From NCBI GenBank assembly GCA_965204565.1, contig CBDBEU010000005.1:1412366-1476365 (forward strand): a stretch of 64,000 nucleotides of DNA. Reading direction: 5' to 3'. Below the pieces are notes generated by a model. It was not told the origin of the DNA. It did not search any database and was given only the letters and a program-made list of their open reading frames with translations. A program made the position numbers and the translations under genes. The DNA is from Hyphomicrobiales bacterium (GTDB taxonomy: Bacteria > Pseudomonadota > Alphaproteobacteria > Rhizobiales > TMED25). Position 1 is the stretch's first letter; each line of letters opens with the position of its first letter. Positions 29,241 through 39,016 of this stretch are shown here, one piece after another.

Positions 29241-30364
29241 ATGGCAACATTTGCCGATGAAGCCGCACCGCCGACTTTGCCGCTTCGGTAATCCAGCCCA
29301 CCGTGAGGTTGGGCGTTACCGGTCTTGCACGTTGCGGCAAGACTGTGTTCATCACGGCACTGGTTCATAATTTGATCCATGGCGGGTGTATGCCACTATT
29401 TCGCCCTCTCACCGAAGGGCGCATCCGCCTTGCTTATCTTGCGCCACAGCCTGATGATGCTGTGCCGGGATTCGACTACGAGGGATCGCTGGCGCTTCTT
29501 ACTGGTGCCGGCCGCAACGGGTCGGAGGGTGCCCGTTCAATAAGCGAGCTTCGACTGATCATCGAATATGAACCGCGCGGATTTCTTGCCCGGCTCGACC
29601 GGCGAGATCGTCTGGCAATCGATATTGTCGACTATCCGGGTGAATGGCTACTCGACCTTGCATTGATCGACCAGAACTTCGCCGACTGGTCGCGCGAGGC
29701 CATGACACTCTCGCGCCTGCAACCCCGAGCCGAACTTGCAACCGAATGGCATACCCTCCTCGCCGGCATCGAACCGATGGCGATGGCGGAAGCTGACGAA
29801 TTGGGTGCGATCGACGCAGCGCGAATATTCACTACCTATTTGAGGGCATGCCGCCAGGATCAAGTCGCACTCTCACCATCCCCTCCCAGGGCGCTTTGTC
29901 GCACCCGGAGACCTTGAAGGCTCGCCTGCGTTTATCCTTTTTTCACCCCTCGACTTGCCCGAAGGTGCACGGCCACCTCGAAACTCCCTGTGGGCAATGA
30001 TGGAGCGCCGCTTCGAGGCCTACAAGAACATCGTGGTGCGGCCCTTCTTCCGCGACCACTTCGCACGGCTCGACCGGCAGATCGTGTTGGTCGACGCTCT
30101 GTCGCCGCTCAATGCCGGACCTGCTGCCATTGCCGATCTCGAGCGCGCTCTTCAAGTGTGCCCAGTGCTTTTCGCACCGGCAGCGCGTCATTCCTCACCT
30201 CAATCATTCGTCCCCGGATCGACAAAATGTTGTTCGCCGCGACCAAGGCCGATCATTTGCACCACACCAGTCACGACCGGTTGCAGGCCATTCTCGAACG
30301 CATCGTCGCTCGCGCCTGCGATCGTGCCGAGGTCACCGGCGCAGAAGTGGCAACAATGGCGCTG
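29241..30364 (+). pseudogene. ycjX: YcjX-like P-loop ATPase (DUF463), 3 frameshifts and 3-prime truncation
   Basis: MATFADEAAPPTLPLR* then VRLGVTGLARCGKTVFITALVHNL (29303..29917). Then PGRFVAPGDLEGSPA...FFRDHFARLDRQIVLVDAL (29955.. frame). Then RPRIDKMLFAATKADHLHHTSHDRL...AEVATMAL (29990.. frame). It is cut at 30364 by an IS630 end. Confidence 0.8.
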
Positions 30365-30548
30365 GAGCATTTTCACATTGAGCGTTGATATCCTGCTGCG
30401 TGGAAGACGTTTTCGCATTCGGCCGGGAGGAAGCAGCCGATGCGTTCAACGAGGGCGTCGACGGTTCAGGCCGGATCTTGCCTGAGCAGCGCCTTGGGCC
30501 TGGCAAAGACCATCTCGATGGGGTTCATGTCGGGGCTTTTGCGGCAGC
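30365..30548 (-). mobile_element. IS630-family 3-prime terminal fragment (~185 bp)
   Basis: About 95% identical to 14912-14984 plus 16178-16265. It encodes ...NPIEMVFARPKALLRQDPA..VDALVERIGCFLPAECENVFHAAGYQRSM*. It lacks 14 bp that are present around the IS5 insertion site of the other copy. Confidence 0.75.
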
Positions 30549-31084
30549 CGACAATCGCGGTGCGCCGGCGGACGTATCCGGGCGATCGATTGATCGGGGG
30601 ATCGATCGGGCTCACGCCGCGATGGCGCCCGAATGGATCACACCGGACATGGACAATACACTCAACGGATGTTAAGAGCAGACGTTAATCGCCCAATGAG
30701 CGCGTATGGAATCTGTGGGTGGTTGCTGCCGGTACCGGCGGAAAATCACATATCCCAAATTTCGCCTCAGAGCTTGATCTAGATGTGCTTCGTTCTGACA
30801 AGGGCTCGCTTCAAGACATTTTGGCCCCCGATCCGAATTGTGATGTCGCCTCGCAACAGCAAGTCTCCCAGAATTTGCGAGGGGCGTGATCAATTACTCA
30901 TCCCTGGCCGGTTTCCAGGAAGCAACTAATCATCTATCCAAAAAATGCGGTTTCCGCTATGATTTTAAAGGAAAAAGGAGTTGGCTTCATCCGTGCGAAC
31001 AATTGCGGTCTCTCCGAAAATGACCCCTGCCGTTCAACCCAGAATTAACTTTGATGATTACAAAAATTTGGCGCAGATGAAATA

Positions 31085-31441
31085 ATGTCGGCACCTAACG
31101 AATGGAATTACCTTTATCAAAATCATAGAAGTGCACAAATTCAACAAAAACTAAAAGAATTCAAACGAGAAGATTTTATCATAAATGCAATTTCTATATC
31201 ATTAATTGGTGCAATTGTTGTCGGAACAGAATTCTGGGTCGGAACAATCAGGAATGGGCAGAATAATTCGATTCAGATGGAAGTCCACACAAACTTTCCC
31301 TCAGGCTGGCACGAAGAATCCTACCTCTTGGCAAATCCCGATGTTGCCAATGCAGTGAAAAATGGACAAATTCGATCAGGCTGGCATCACTACAATACCT
31401 ACGGAAAGTTTGAAGGTCGCGGCGGTGTCTCAGCCCCCTAG
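31085..31441 (+). CDS. Low-GC orphan membrane-anchored protein (118 aa)
   Basis: About 40% GC by eye against a ~60% background. One TM segment FIINAISISLIGAIVVGTEFWVG. C-terminal motif YLLANPDVANAVKNGQIRSGWHHYNTYGKFEGR. The stop is 4 nt from an IS3 end. Confidence 0.5.
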   Translation: MSAPNEWNYLYQNHRSAQIQQKLKEFKREDFIINAISISLIGAIVVGTEFWVGTIRNGQNNSIQMEVHTNFPSGWHEESYLLANPDVANAVKNGQIRSGWHHYNTYGKFEGRGGVSAP

Positions 31442-31444
31442 AAC

Positions 31445-31746
31445 TGTGCCGGTTTCTGGTCAGGAGTTGGGGAGGTTGTCATGGCGCGGAAACGGCATTC
31501 CGATGAGGATATCCTGAAGCTTTTGCGTGAGATCGAACTTCATCCGGCGGGTGGGGTTGATGTTGCGAAAGCGTGCCGTTCTGCCGGCATCGGTGATGCG
31601 ACGTACGACAACCGGCACAAGACGTGCGGTGGCATGAGGCGGTCTCAATTGTCCGGGTTGAAAGCGCTTGAGAAAGAGAACCGGCGCCTCAGGAAGATCG
31701 TCGCCGATCTCGAACTCGACAGGCTGATCCTCAAGGAGGACCTAGT
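31445..31746 (+). mobile_element. IS3-family left end with orfA (HTH) remnant, truncated
   Basis: Begins TGTGCC.... ORF 31481..31774: MARKRHSDEDILKLLREIE...GDATYDNRHKTCGGMRRSQLSGLKALEKENRRLRKIVADLELDRLILKE. This is the leucine-zipper end of IS3 OrfA. It is cut by the next IS. Confidence 0.7.
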
Positions 31747-32434
31747 GTCTGGACTCATTATAGCCACGAGATGAGGGCTGCGGCGAGCGCGATAGCTGCC
31801 ATGACGTTTTAATGTTGCGCTCGAAGCGAGTCGCGATGCGCCGCCGGTCTTTGAGGCGGCAGAACATGCGTTCGATGATATTTCGCTCCCTGTAGATGGC
31901 CCGATCGTCGTGATATCGGATCTTGCGGGTCTTTCGCGGCGGGATGACGGGCCCGGTCCCGCGCTCTTCAAGCCGTTCGCGCAGTTCCCGGCCGTCACGA
32001 CCTTTGTCGGCGACAATTTCGGCGGATGGCGGCATGGCCTCGATGCAGCGCTGTGCGGCCTTGCAATCATGCACGTTTCCGGGCGTCGGGAGCAGGACGC
32101 AATTGACAAAACATGGGGCGGCCCTTGTGGTCGCAGACGGCGTGGAGCCCGGTGTTGCATCCACCTTCGGTGCGGCCGATACCCCATGGAGGCACGGGGG
32201 GCCAAGGCCCCCTTTTCCGCCGCCGGCGCAGCGCCTGGACGATCCCGCTCGGCAGGACGATCGTCAACTGTTTCCGGGCGATTCCTGCCGCGCATATCGG
32301 TCGTCAGAAGCGGCGCGATCCGGGCCCGCTGAGAATCGGAAAACCGGAAGAAATCATACATCTCGTTACCTCCTCATCGGAGGCAATGAACCATCCTCGG
32401 ATCAAATCGGGAAGACGGCTATTGGGGCCGGACC
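31747..32434 (-). mobile_element. IS5-family (IS427-group-like) element, internally deleted (688 bp), transposase in several frames
   Basis: Ends GTCTGGACTCATTATAGCC and (reverse complement) GGTCCGGCCCCAATAGCC. MYDFFRFSDSQRARIAPLL..VDDR, IGRTEGGCNTGLHAVCDHKGRP, ADKGRDGRELRERLEERGTGPVIPPRKTRKIRYHDDRAIYRERNIIERMFCRLKDRRRIATRFERN. CTAGT lies on both flanks (31742-46, 32435-39). Confidence 0.75.
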
Positions 32435-32441
32435 CTAGTGA

Positions 32442-32627
32442 CTACGACCTCGCCAGCCACACGATTACGACACCTGCAGCGAATGTGACCAGCCCGCCGA
32501 TTCGCAAAGTGCCTTCCGGTTGGTGGCGCAGCGATTCCAACATGCGCATCATTGCACCCGGAAAGGCCGCATAGACAAAACCTTCAATGGCAAATGCAAG
32601 ACCGAGTGCAACAATGAATTCGTTCAT
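32442..32627 (-). CDS. DUF2065-family small membrane protein
   Basis: MNEFIVALGLAFAIEGFVYAAFPGAMMRMLESL...GGLVTFAAGVVIVWLARS. It overlaps the hflC stop. Confidence 0.8.
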   Translation of the reverse strand: MNEFIVALGLAFAIEGFVYAAFPGAMMRMLESLRHQPEGTLRIGGLVTFAAGVVIVWLARS

Positions 32628-33649
32628 TGCCCCGTGCTGGTGATAGCATCGGTCTCAGCAGCAGGGTTTACCAGCGTTGCACTTGCTTCTGCATCGGGCT
32701 GCTGATCTGCTTCCAAACTATCCCCGCCTGCGTCCTCACCTGCTGCTGAATTCTCGGACATCGGCGACACCAATGCCTTTGCTCCCCCAAGCGGGTCCTT
32801 GAAATAACGGAAGAAATCGCTATCGGGTGAAATCACCATCCTTGTATCTCTTGAGGACAGACCTTCTTCGTAGGCGACCATCGAACGATAGAAGCCGAAG
32901 AATTCAGGGTCTCGGCCATAAGCATCAGCATAAAGCCGGTTCCTTTCGCCATCGCCCTCACCACGAACCACCTCAGATTCCCGTGTCGCCTCGGCTTCGA
33001 TCACCCTGACTTCACGGTCGGCGCGAGCACGAATACGCTGCGCTTCTTCCTCACCGCGGGCGCGAATATCATTGGCTTCACGTTCGCGCTCGGTCTGCAT
33101 CCGCCGATAAACCGCCTGGCTGTTTTCCTCCGGCAGGTCAGCACGGCGGATTCGCGCGTCAACCACCGTCATGCCGAACTTTTGCGCTTCGGTATTCACC
33201 TGGGCGGTAATCTGACGCATCAGACGTGGCCGTTCGTCTCTGACGATCTGCTCGAACGTGGCATCACCCAAAACACGGCGGACAGCCGAATTAAAGACGG
33301 TCGAAAGCTGCGCTTCAGCGCCGACCGAACTTCTCACCGATTGGTAGTATCTCAGGGCATCAGTGATTTTGTAGCGCGCATACGCGTCAACCACGAGGCG
33401 CTTCTGATCCGCGGCGATCACTTCCTGAGCCGGCGAATCAAGGTCGAGAATGCGCTTGTCGAGGAAGTCTGCCGTATCCATGAACGGTATCTTCCAATTG
33501 AGCCCCGGCTCAGTGATCACCCGCCTTGGTTCACCAAACCTGAGAATCAGTGCCTGTTGCGTCTGGTGCACTGTGAACAGCGTCATATAGGAGACGATGG
33601 AGATTGCGACGATCAAGATCGCCGCACCGACGAGAAGGATGCGCTGCAT
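32624..33649 (-). CDS. hflC: Protease modulator HflC (SPFH domain) with acidic C-terminal tail
   Basis: 341 aa; TLFTVHQTQQALILRFGEP...RIRRADLPEENSQAVYRRMQTEREREA. Confidence 0.9.
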   Translation of the reverse strand: MQRILLVGAAILIVAISIVSYMTLFTVHQTQQALILRFGEPRRVITEPGLNWKIPFMDTADFLDKRILDLDSPAQEVIAADQKRLVVDAYARYKITDALRYYQSVRSSVGAEAQLSTVFNSAVRRVLGDATFEQIVRDERPRLMRQITAQVNTEAQKFGMTVVDARIRRADLPEENSQAVYRRMQTEREREANDIRARGEEEAQRIRARADREVRVIEAEATRESEVVRGEGDGERNRLYADAYGRDPEFFGFYRSMVAYEEGLSSRDTRMVISPDSDFFRYFKDPLGGAKALVSPMSENSAAGEDAGGDSLEADQQPDAEASATLVNPAAETDAITSTGQ

Positions 33650-34776
33650 TACTGGCCCCCTTGGCTGGCGGCCGGCGCGCCCGAATTGCGCGTCAACTCG
33701 TTAAGTGGGAGATATGGGACAACACCCGACCCCCCGACACTCTGATCGATGATGATTTTATCGGTGCTCCCGAGAACACGCTCCATGGTCTCCAGGAACA
33801 TGCGTTGGCGGGTCACCTCCGGTGCAACCCGGTATTCTTCATAAATCGCATTGAAGCGCGACGCCTGACCGCGTGCATCGGCGATCACCGCATTTCGATA
33901 GCCTTCTGCAGCCTCAGTAATCTGTGCAGCTTTACCTCGCGCCTCCGGAATGGCCCGGTTTGCATAAGCTTCAGCTTCATTCTGAAGCCGTTCCTGGTCC
34001 GCTTTCGCTGCCTGCACATCGCGGAACGAATCGATCACCGCCGCTGGCGGGTCGACCTTCTGGGACTGAACCTGGGTAATTTCAATTCCGGCGCCATAAG
34101 TATCAAGCGTCTGCTGGATCAAATTCTGAACATCCGCCTCGGTCCTCGCTCGTCCCTGCGACAGGATCGGCGAAAGCTCGGAATGGCCGACGATCTCACG
34201 CATCGAGCTTTCTGCCACTGCTTTGACGGTTGCTTCCTGGGCTTCGATATTGAACATGAAGTCGGCAGCGTTCTTGATGCGCCACAGCACGGTGAAATCA
34301 ACATCGACGATGTTTTCATCGCCCGTCAGCATCAGGCTTTCCTCGGGCACATCGCGCACTGTCGCACCGCGTCCCACGCTCGATTCGCCCAGTGAGCCAC
34401 GCATTCCGACATCGACCCGATTGATGCGCGTTACCTTCGGGGTTTCTGCCACCTCGATCGGGAACGGCCAATGATAATTGAGCCCGGGCTGCGTCAACTC
34501 GGCGAATTTGCCAAATCGCAGCACCACGCCCTGCTCATCGGGTTCCACACGATAGAGCCCCGAGGCAAGCCACAGCGCCAATAAAACGAGCCCACCTATC
34601 AGGAAACCACGCCCGCCCATTGATCCGCCAGGCAAAAAGTGACGCAGGCGGTCCTGACCACGCCTCAGGATATCTTCAAGATCCGGCCCGCCAGCAGGGC
34701 CACCACCGGCCGGTCCCTGACCCCAGGGACCGCGACCGCTGCCCTTCGAGCCCCCGTTCTGATCATTCCACGACAT
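33649..34776 (-). CDS. hflK: Protease modulator HflK
   Basis: MSWNDQNGGSKGSGRGPWGQGP..., YRVEPDEQGVVLRFGKF, SPFH domain. ORF 33649..34788 trimmed to MSWND. Confidence 0.9.
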   Translation of the reverse strand: MSWNDQNGGSKGSGRGPWGQGPAGGGPAGGPDLEDILRRGQDRLRHFLPGGSMGGRGFLIGGLVLLALWLASGLYRVEPDEQGVVLRFGKFAELTQPGLNYHWPFPIEVAETPKVTRINRVDVGMRGSLGESSVGRGATVRDVPEESLMLTGDENIVDVDFTVLWRIKNAADFMFNIEAQEATVKAVAESSMREIVGHSELSPILSQGRARTEADVQNLIQQTLDTYGAGIEITQVQSQKVDPPAAVIDSFRDVQAAKADQERLQNEAEAYANRAIPEARGKAAQITEAAEGYRNAVIADARGQASRFNAIYEEYRVAPEVTRQRMFLETMERVLGSTDKIIIDQSVGGSGVVPYLPLNELTRNSGAPAASQGGQ

Positions 34777-34889
34777 GTTCACTTCCATTTCTGGGCACCA
34801 CTACGGTGCACTGTTTTTCTTAGCTCGCTTATACGCGAGGGGCACTCGTCTCGCAATCCGCCCCTCACATGGGGTCTTCTGCCATGTGA

Positions 34890-35414
34890 TCAAGAATGGC
34901 GCGGCGTTTGACGCTCCAGTACCACGAAAGAAAAGTCAGCGCTGTCATCTCCTTCCGCCGCATAACGCTCGCGTGAGATCTCTCGCCATTGATCGGGCTC
35001 AAAGGCCCCAAGCACCACGTCACCCTCAGCCTGAAAATGAACCTCGGTCAGATAAATGCGTTTGGCGTAGGTGAGCGCCAAACGATAGATCGCAGCACCG
35101 CCAATGACACAAATTTCCTTGGCTCCCGATTGTTCCGCCAGGCGTTTGGCAGCCGCAATAGCGCTTTCAAAATCGTCCACCACATGACACCCCGGCGCAG
35201 TGAATTTACGGTTGCGCGTGATGATGATGTTGTCGCGCCCCGGAAGAGGCCGGCCAATCGCTTCATGCGTCTTGCGGCCCATGATGATCGGCTTGCCCAT
35301 GGTCATCGCACGATAGTGTTTCAAATCGCGCGACAGTCTCCACGGCAGATTGCCATCGCATCCGATCACGCCATTGTCAGCGCGGGCGACGGCAAGAACC
35401 AGATCTGGATTCAA
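34890..35414 (-). CDS. folA: Dihydrofolate reductase
   Basis: [56 protein letters not shown]. Confidence 0.92.
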   Translation of the reverse strand: MNPDLVLAVARADNGVIGCDGNLPWRLSRDLKHYRAMTMGKPIIMGRKTHEAIGRPLPGRDNIIITRNRKFTAPGCHVVDDFESAIAAAKRLAEQSGAKEICVIGGAAIYRLALTYAKRIYLTEVHFQAEGDVVLGAFEPDQWREISRERYAAEGDDSADFSFVVLERQTPRHS

Positions 35415-36205
35415 ACCGCGACCTCGGCGCTAATGTGAGGATGCGGATCATAGCCGCTGACCGCCACATCCTCAAAACGGAAGGCGAAAATGTCCCGAAT
35501 GTCCGGATTTAGATCAAGCCGCGGCAGTGCGCGCGGGGAACGCCCCAGTTGCTCATGCGCCTGATCCAGATGATTGCGGTAGAGATGAGCATCTCCGAAT
35601 GTGTGGATGAATTCACTCGCTTGGAGCCCCGTCACCTGCGCCACCATGTGTGTCAGAAGGGCATAGGAAGCGATATTGAACGGCACCCCCAAAAACACAT
35701 CTGCCGAGCGCTGATAGAGCTGGCAACTGAGCCGGCCATCAGCGACATATAACTGAAACAGGCAATGGCACGGTGCCAGCGCCATGGCGTCAAGTTCACC
35801 AACATTCCAGGCGCTGACGATATGGCGGCGGGAATTGGGATCGGATTTGATCTCTTCGATAAGACGCGCGATCTGATCGACGTGCCCACCCTGGGGCAAC
35901 GGCCATGAGCGCCACTGCCGGCCATAGACCGGCCCGAGATCGCCATTCTCACCCGCCCATTCGTTCCAGATTCTAACGCCGTTTTCCTTCAGATAAGCAA
36001 TATTGGTTTCGCCGGACAGAAACCAGATCAGCTCGTGAACGATCGATTTCAGATGTAGCTTCTTGGTGGTGATCAACGGAAAGCCGTCGCGGAGATCAAA
36101 GCGCAGTTGATGGCCAAATACCGACAACGTCCCGGTTCCGGTACGGTCGTCTTTTTGGGCCCCTTCATTAAGGATTCGGGCCATGAGATCTAGATATTGG
36201 CGCAC
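35411..36205 (-). CDS. thyA: Thymidylate synthase (ThyA)
   Basis: GTG start at 36205 gives [31 protein letters not shown]...; [12 protein letters not shown] active-site Cys; 264 aa. The track ORF 35411..36277 is over-extended. Confidence 0.95.
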   Translation of the reverse strand: MRQYLDLMARILNEGAQKDDRTGTGTLSVFGHQLRFDLRDGFPLITTKKLHLKSIVHELIWFLSGETNIAYLKENGVRIWNEWAGENGDLGPVYGRQWRSWPLPQGGHVDQIARLIEEIKSDPNSRRHIVSAWNVGELDAMALAPCHCLFQLYVADGRLSCQLYQRSADVFLGVPFNIASYALLTHMVAQVTGLQASEFIHTFGDAHLYRNHLDQAHEQLGRSPRALPRLDLNPDIRDIFAFRFEDVAVSGYDPHPHISAEVAV

Positions 36206-36310
36206 TTTCTGGAGTCTCACACCGATTCCGCCGCCCCTGCGACATCTCTTTGTAAATTGGCGCATAAATTGGCGCACATCTTTTTTTAAAGCCCCGGAGT
36301 GCCTATATTA

Positions 36311-36675
36311 GGCCCGCCGGCTTGCCGGCTATGGTGATAAATGGGCGTCGTAATAAACCTGTCGGACCCGGGGGCAGTACCCGGCGCCTCCACCAAATGC
36401 CGTCAGGAGGCTGAATGACGGTATCTCTGTGGGGGCGAAACAGGATCGACGAGGGCGTAAAGGACGTACTTTTGCTCGGCATGGTACCGCCGTTATCGGG
36501 CCATTGTTATAGTTGCAAACGACAACTATGCTCCGGTGGCTCAGGCTGCGTAACGCAGTTTGATCATCGAAATTCAAGTCCTGGGCCGTAGCAGGCTCTA
36601 GGCGGGGTTTGGGGGGCACCTGGCAACAGAAGCCCTCCGCTTTTGCCTCCACTCCCATGCGCGGCGGCGCTTTTT
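36311..36675 (+). ncRNA. ssrA: tmRNA (ssrA), circularly permuted two-piece alphaproteobacterial type
   Basis: The acceptor 3-prime strand CGCCTCC-A-CCA (36385-36395) lies UPSTREAM of the acceptor 5-prime strand GGGGGCG (36431-37). The 7-bp pairing includes G3:U. T-arm CCGGG-GGCAGTA-CCCGG. Tag ORF GCA AAC GAC AAC TAT GCT CCG GTG GCT CAG GCT GCG TAA (36515-36553) = ANDNYAPVAQAA*. The outer boundaries are approximate. Confidence 0.85.
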
Positions 36676-36726
36676 ACCCGTCAGAATCACATTTGACCGC
36701 AATTTCCGGTTGAATGTCGCGTCTGG

Positions 36727-38277
36727 GCCTATTCCGTTGAAAAAATTGCCTTAATATCGGCATTTTGGGCTGCTTCAGTTTCCCCATTGCTTTGGGAGAT
36801 TTATTGCGATGATGGGACCAAGGCAGGAAGCGCGGGCCGCATTGTTTTATGAGTTCTGTCTTGAAGATCATGTTCCAGCGATCATTTGTTGCGGTCGATA
36901 GATCGGTTTGCTGATCTGTCTGATATCCGTCCACACCCTGCATCGTTCTACAGTTCAACCGGTCGACCTTCTATTGATCCGGAACTTCTGATCCGAATGT
37001 TGCTGGTTGGTTATTGCATGGGCATTCGTTCTGAACGGCGACGATGCGAAGAGGTTCATCTCAACCTGGCCTGCCGTTGGTTCTGCCGTCTTGATCCGGC
37101 TGATCCCGTTCCCGACCATTCGACCTTCTCCAGGAACCGCCACGGTCGGTTCCGCGATAGTGGCCTTCTGCGTCATGTGTTTGAGACGGTAGGTGCCCGT
37201 TGTATTGCTGAGGGCTTTGTCAGTCAGCGGCCAGCGTCCTGCTGTTGATGCCAGTCTGATCGAAGCGGATACCAATCGGCAAAACTCCACATCGAAAGAA
37301 GAATGGCAGCCGGACAAGATTAATCACGAAGACGCACCCCGTGCGGTGCGCGAGTATTTGGACACGTTGGATGATGCAGCTTTTGGTGCAGCCACTCCGG
37401 TGCAGCCAGGGGTCACTTCCCGTTCCGACCCCGCATCGCAATGGACTGCAGCACGCAAAGACCCGGCGTATTTTGCATATTCTGCCAACGACATGATTGA
37501 TACGGGCAATGCTGCGATCCTGGATGTGGAAGCCACGCGATCAGTTCGACAAGCCGAACCTGGTGCCATGCAAACCATGATCGACAGAACTAAACACACC
37601 TTCGGCAGTCAACCCGAACGTATGATTGCAGATACCGCTTATGGAACCGGACCATTGCTGGAATGGCCGGTTCAGGAACGGGGTATGGCTCCGCATGGTC
37701 CGGTAGTCGATAAATCTGGCCGAACCGACGGAACTTTCGAACGTGTCGACTTTACCCATGATGATGAGCACGATCTTTATATCTGTCCTGGTGGGAAAGA
37801 ACTCAAACAAAGCCGTCGTGCCTTCACCAATCCCAGAACACCCGGGCCAGACAAGTATGGTGTGTTGCGTTACCGCGCCAAAAAGGCTGATTGCGAAGGC
37901 TGCCAACTCAAATCCCGGTGTTGCCCCAAAGAGCCTCAGCGCAAGGTAACTCGTTCCATCCATGAACCTTCACGCGATGCCGCCCGCAAGATCCACCAGA
38001 CCATCGACTATGCGATCTCATGCAAGTTGCGCAAAAAGATCGAGATGCTGCTTGCCCATCTCAAACGCATTCCGGGGCTGGGAAGGTTGCGATTACGAGG
38101 GCCCTGTGGGGCCAAAGACGAATTCCACCTTGCAGCAACCGCTCAAAACCTCAGAAAACTCGCAAAACTGATCAAAGCACCAGGCCCAATCAGTAAAACA
38201 GCAAAGAACGGCGCGTAGAAACAGTGTGATCATCAACCGGAAAGCGTCAGACAAGCGACTTTTTCAACGGAATAGGC
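36727..38277 (+). mobile_element. IS1182-family-like insertion sequence (1551 bp), transposase with at least 2 frameshifts
   Basis: Perfect 18-bp terminal IRs GCCTATTCCGTTGAAAAA (36727-44; reverse complement at 38260-77). MMGPRQEARAALFYEF.. / DRFADLSDIRPH..GRPSIDPELLIRMLLVGYCMGIRSERR..FSRNRHGRF / AVDASLIEAD..MIADTAYGTG..YICPGGKEL..CEGCQLKSRCC..LRLRGP..EFHLAATAQNLRKLAKL in three frames. Confidence 0.85.
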
Positions 38278-38337
38278 TTGATGCCGCCCCAATCCCGAAT
38301 ACCTTAGGTGCTGGCTTGTCTATTGGTTGGCGAATCC

Positions 38338-38928
38338 ATGTCTGAAGACTTGATGCGGTACGATCTTCTCACCCAGCAGGCGTTGCGCGGCGTGGTGCGC
38401 TCAGCACTCGAACGCGCTGCACGCGGCGGATTGCCGGGTGATCACCATTTCTACATTGCCTTTTCCACCCTGGCTCCCGGCGTGCAGGTGTCCCATCGCC
38501 TGCGTGAACGTTATGCCGAGGAAATGACGATCGTCTTGCAACATCAGTTCTATGGGCTGGAAGTGACGCCCGATCGTTTCACCGTGCAGCTGCATTTCAA
38601 CAATGTGCCTGAGACGCTGGTGGTGCCCTTCAGTGCCGTCAAAGGATTCTACGACCCCTCGGTTCAATTCGGTCTGCAGTTCGATGCCACTATACAGGCC
38701 GCAGAAGCAAGCCGGCGGCGGGGCAAATCAGGCGCCCGGCACCAGAAGGCGGCAAACAGCCAGCCCGACCGCCCCTCCTCCAAGACAACCAAGTCCGAAG
38801 CCAGGGCCGCGAAAAGCGATCAAGCGGAAAACGTCGAAGAGAGCGAGAGTAAAGACGCGCCTGCCGGCGGAGTCGCTGCCGGTGGGGCGCAGGTCGTATC
38901 GATCCATCAATTCCGCAACAAGAAATAG
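38338..38928 (+). CDS. sspB: SspB-alpha-type ClpXP adaptor (stringent starvation protein B homologue)
   Basis: MRYDLLTQQALRGVVRSALERAARGGLPGDHHFYIAFSTLAPGVQV...EMTIVLQHQFYGLEV...FYDPSVQFGLQF plus a disordered tail ending in a basic ClpX-tether-like motif. This resembles Caulobacter SspB-alpha from memory. Confidence 0.75.
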   Translation: MSEDLMRYDLLTQQALRGVVRSALERAARGGLPGDHHFYIAFSTLAPGVQVSHRLRERYAEEMTIVLQHQFYGLEVTPDRFTVQLHFNNVPETLVVPFSAVKGFYDPSVQFGLQFDATIQAAEASRRRGKSGARHQKAANSQPDRPSSKTTKSEARAAKSDQAENVEESESKDAPAGGVAAGGAQVVSIHQFRNKK

Positions 38929-39016
38929 GCAGGCACCCCCGCACACCTGCTATTGTGGGGCGTTCGTGCTAGAGAGCACGTCACTTTGCTGACACGGCTT
39001 GAGGGGTTCGACTGCC

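Noticed and set aside
36329-36658. 109-aa minus-strand ORF
   Set aside because: It exactly overlies the tmRNA gene (tag ORF, acceptor stem and CCA on the plus strand). There are no protein motifs.
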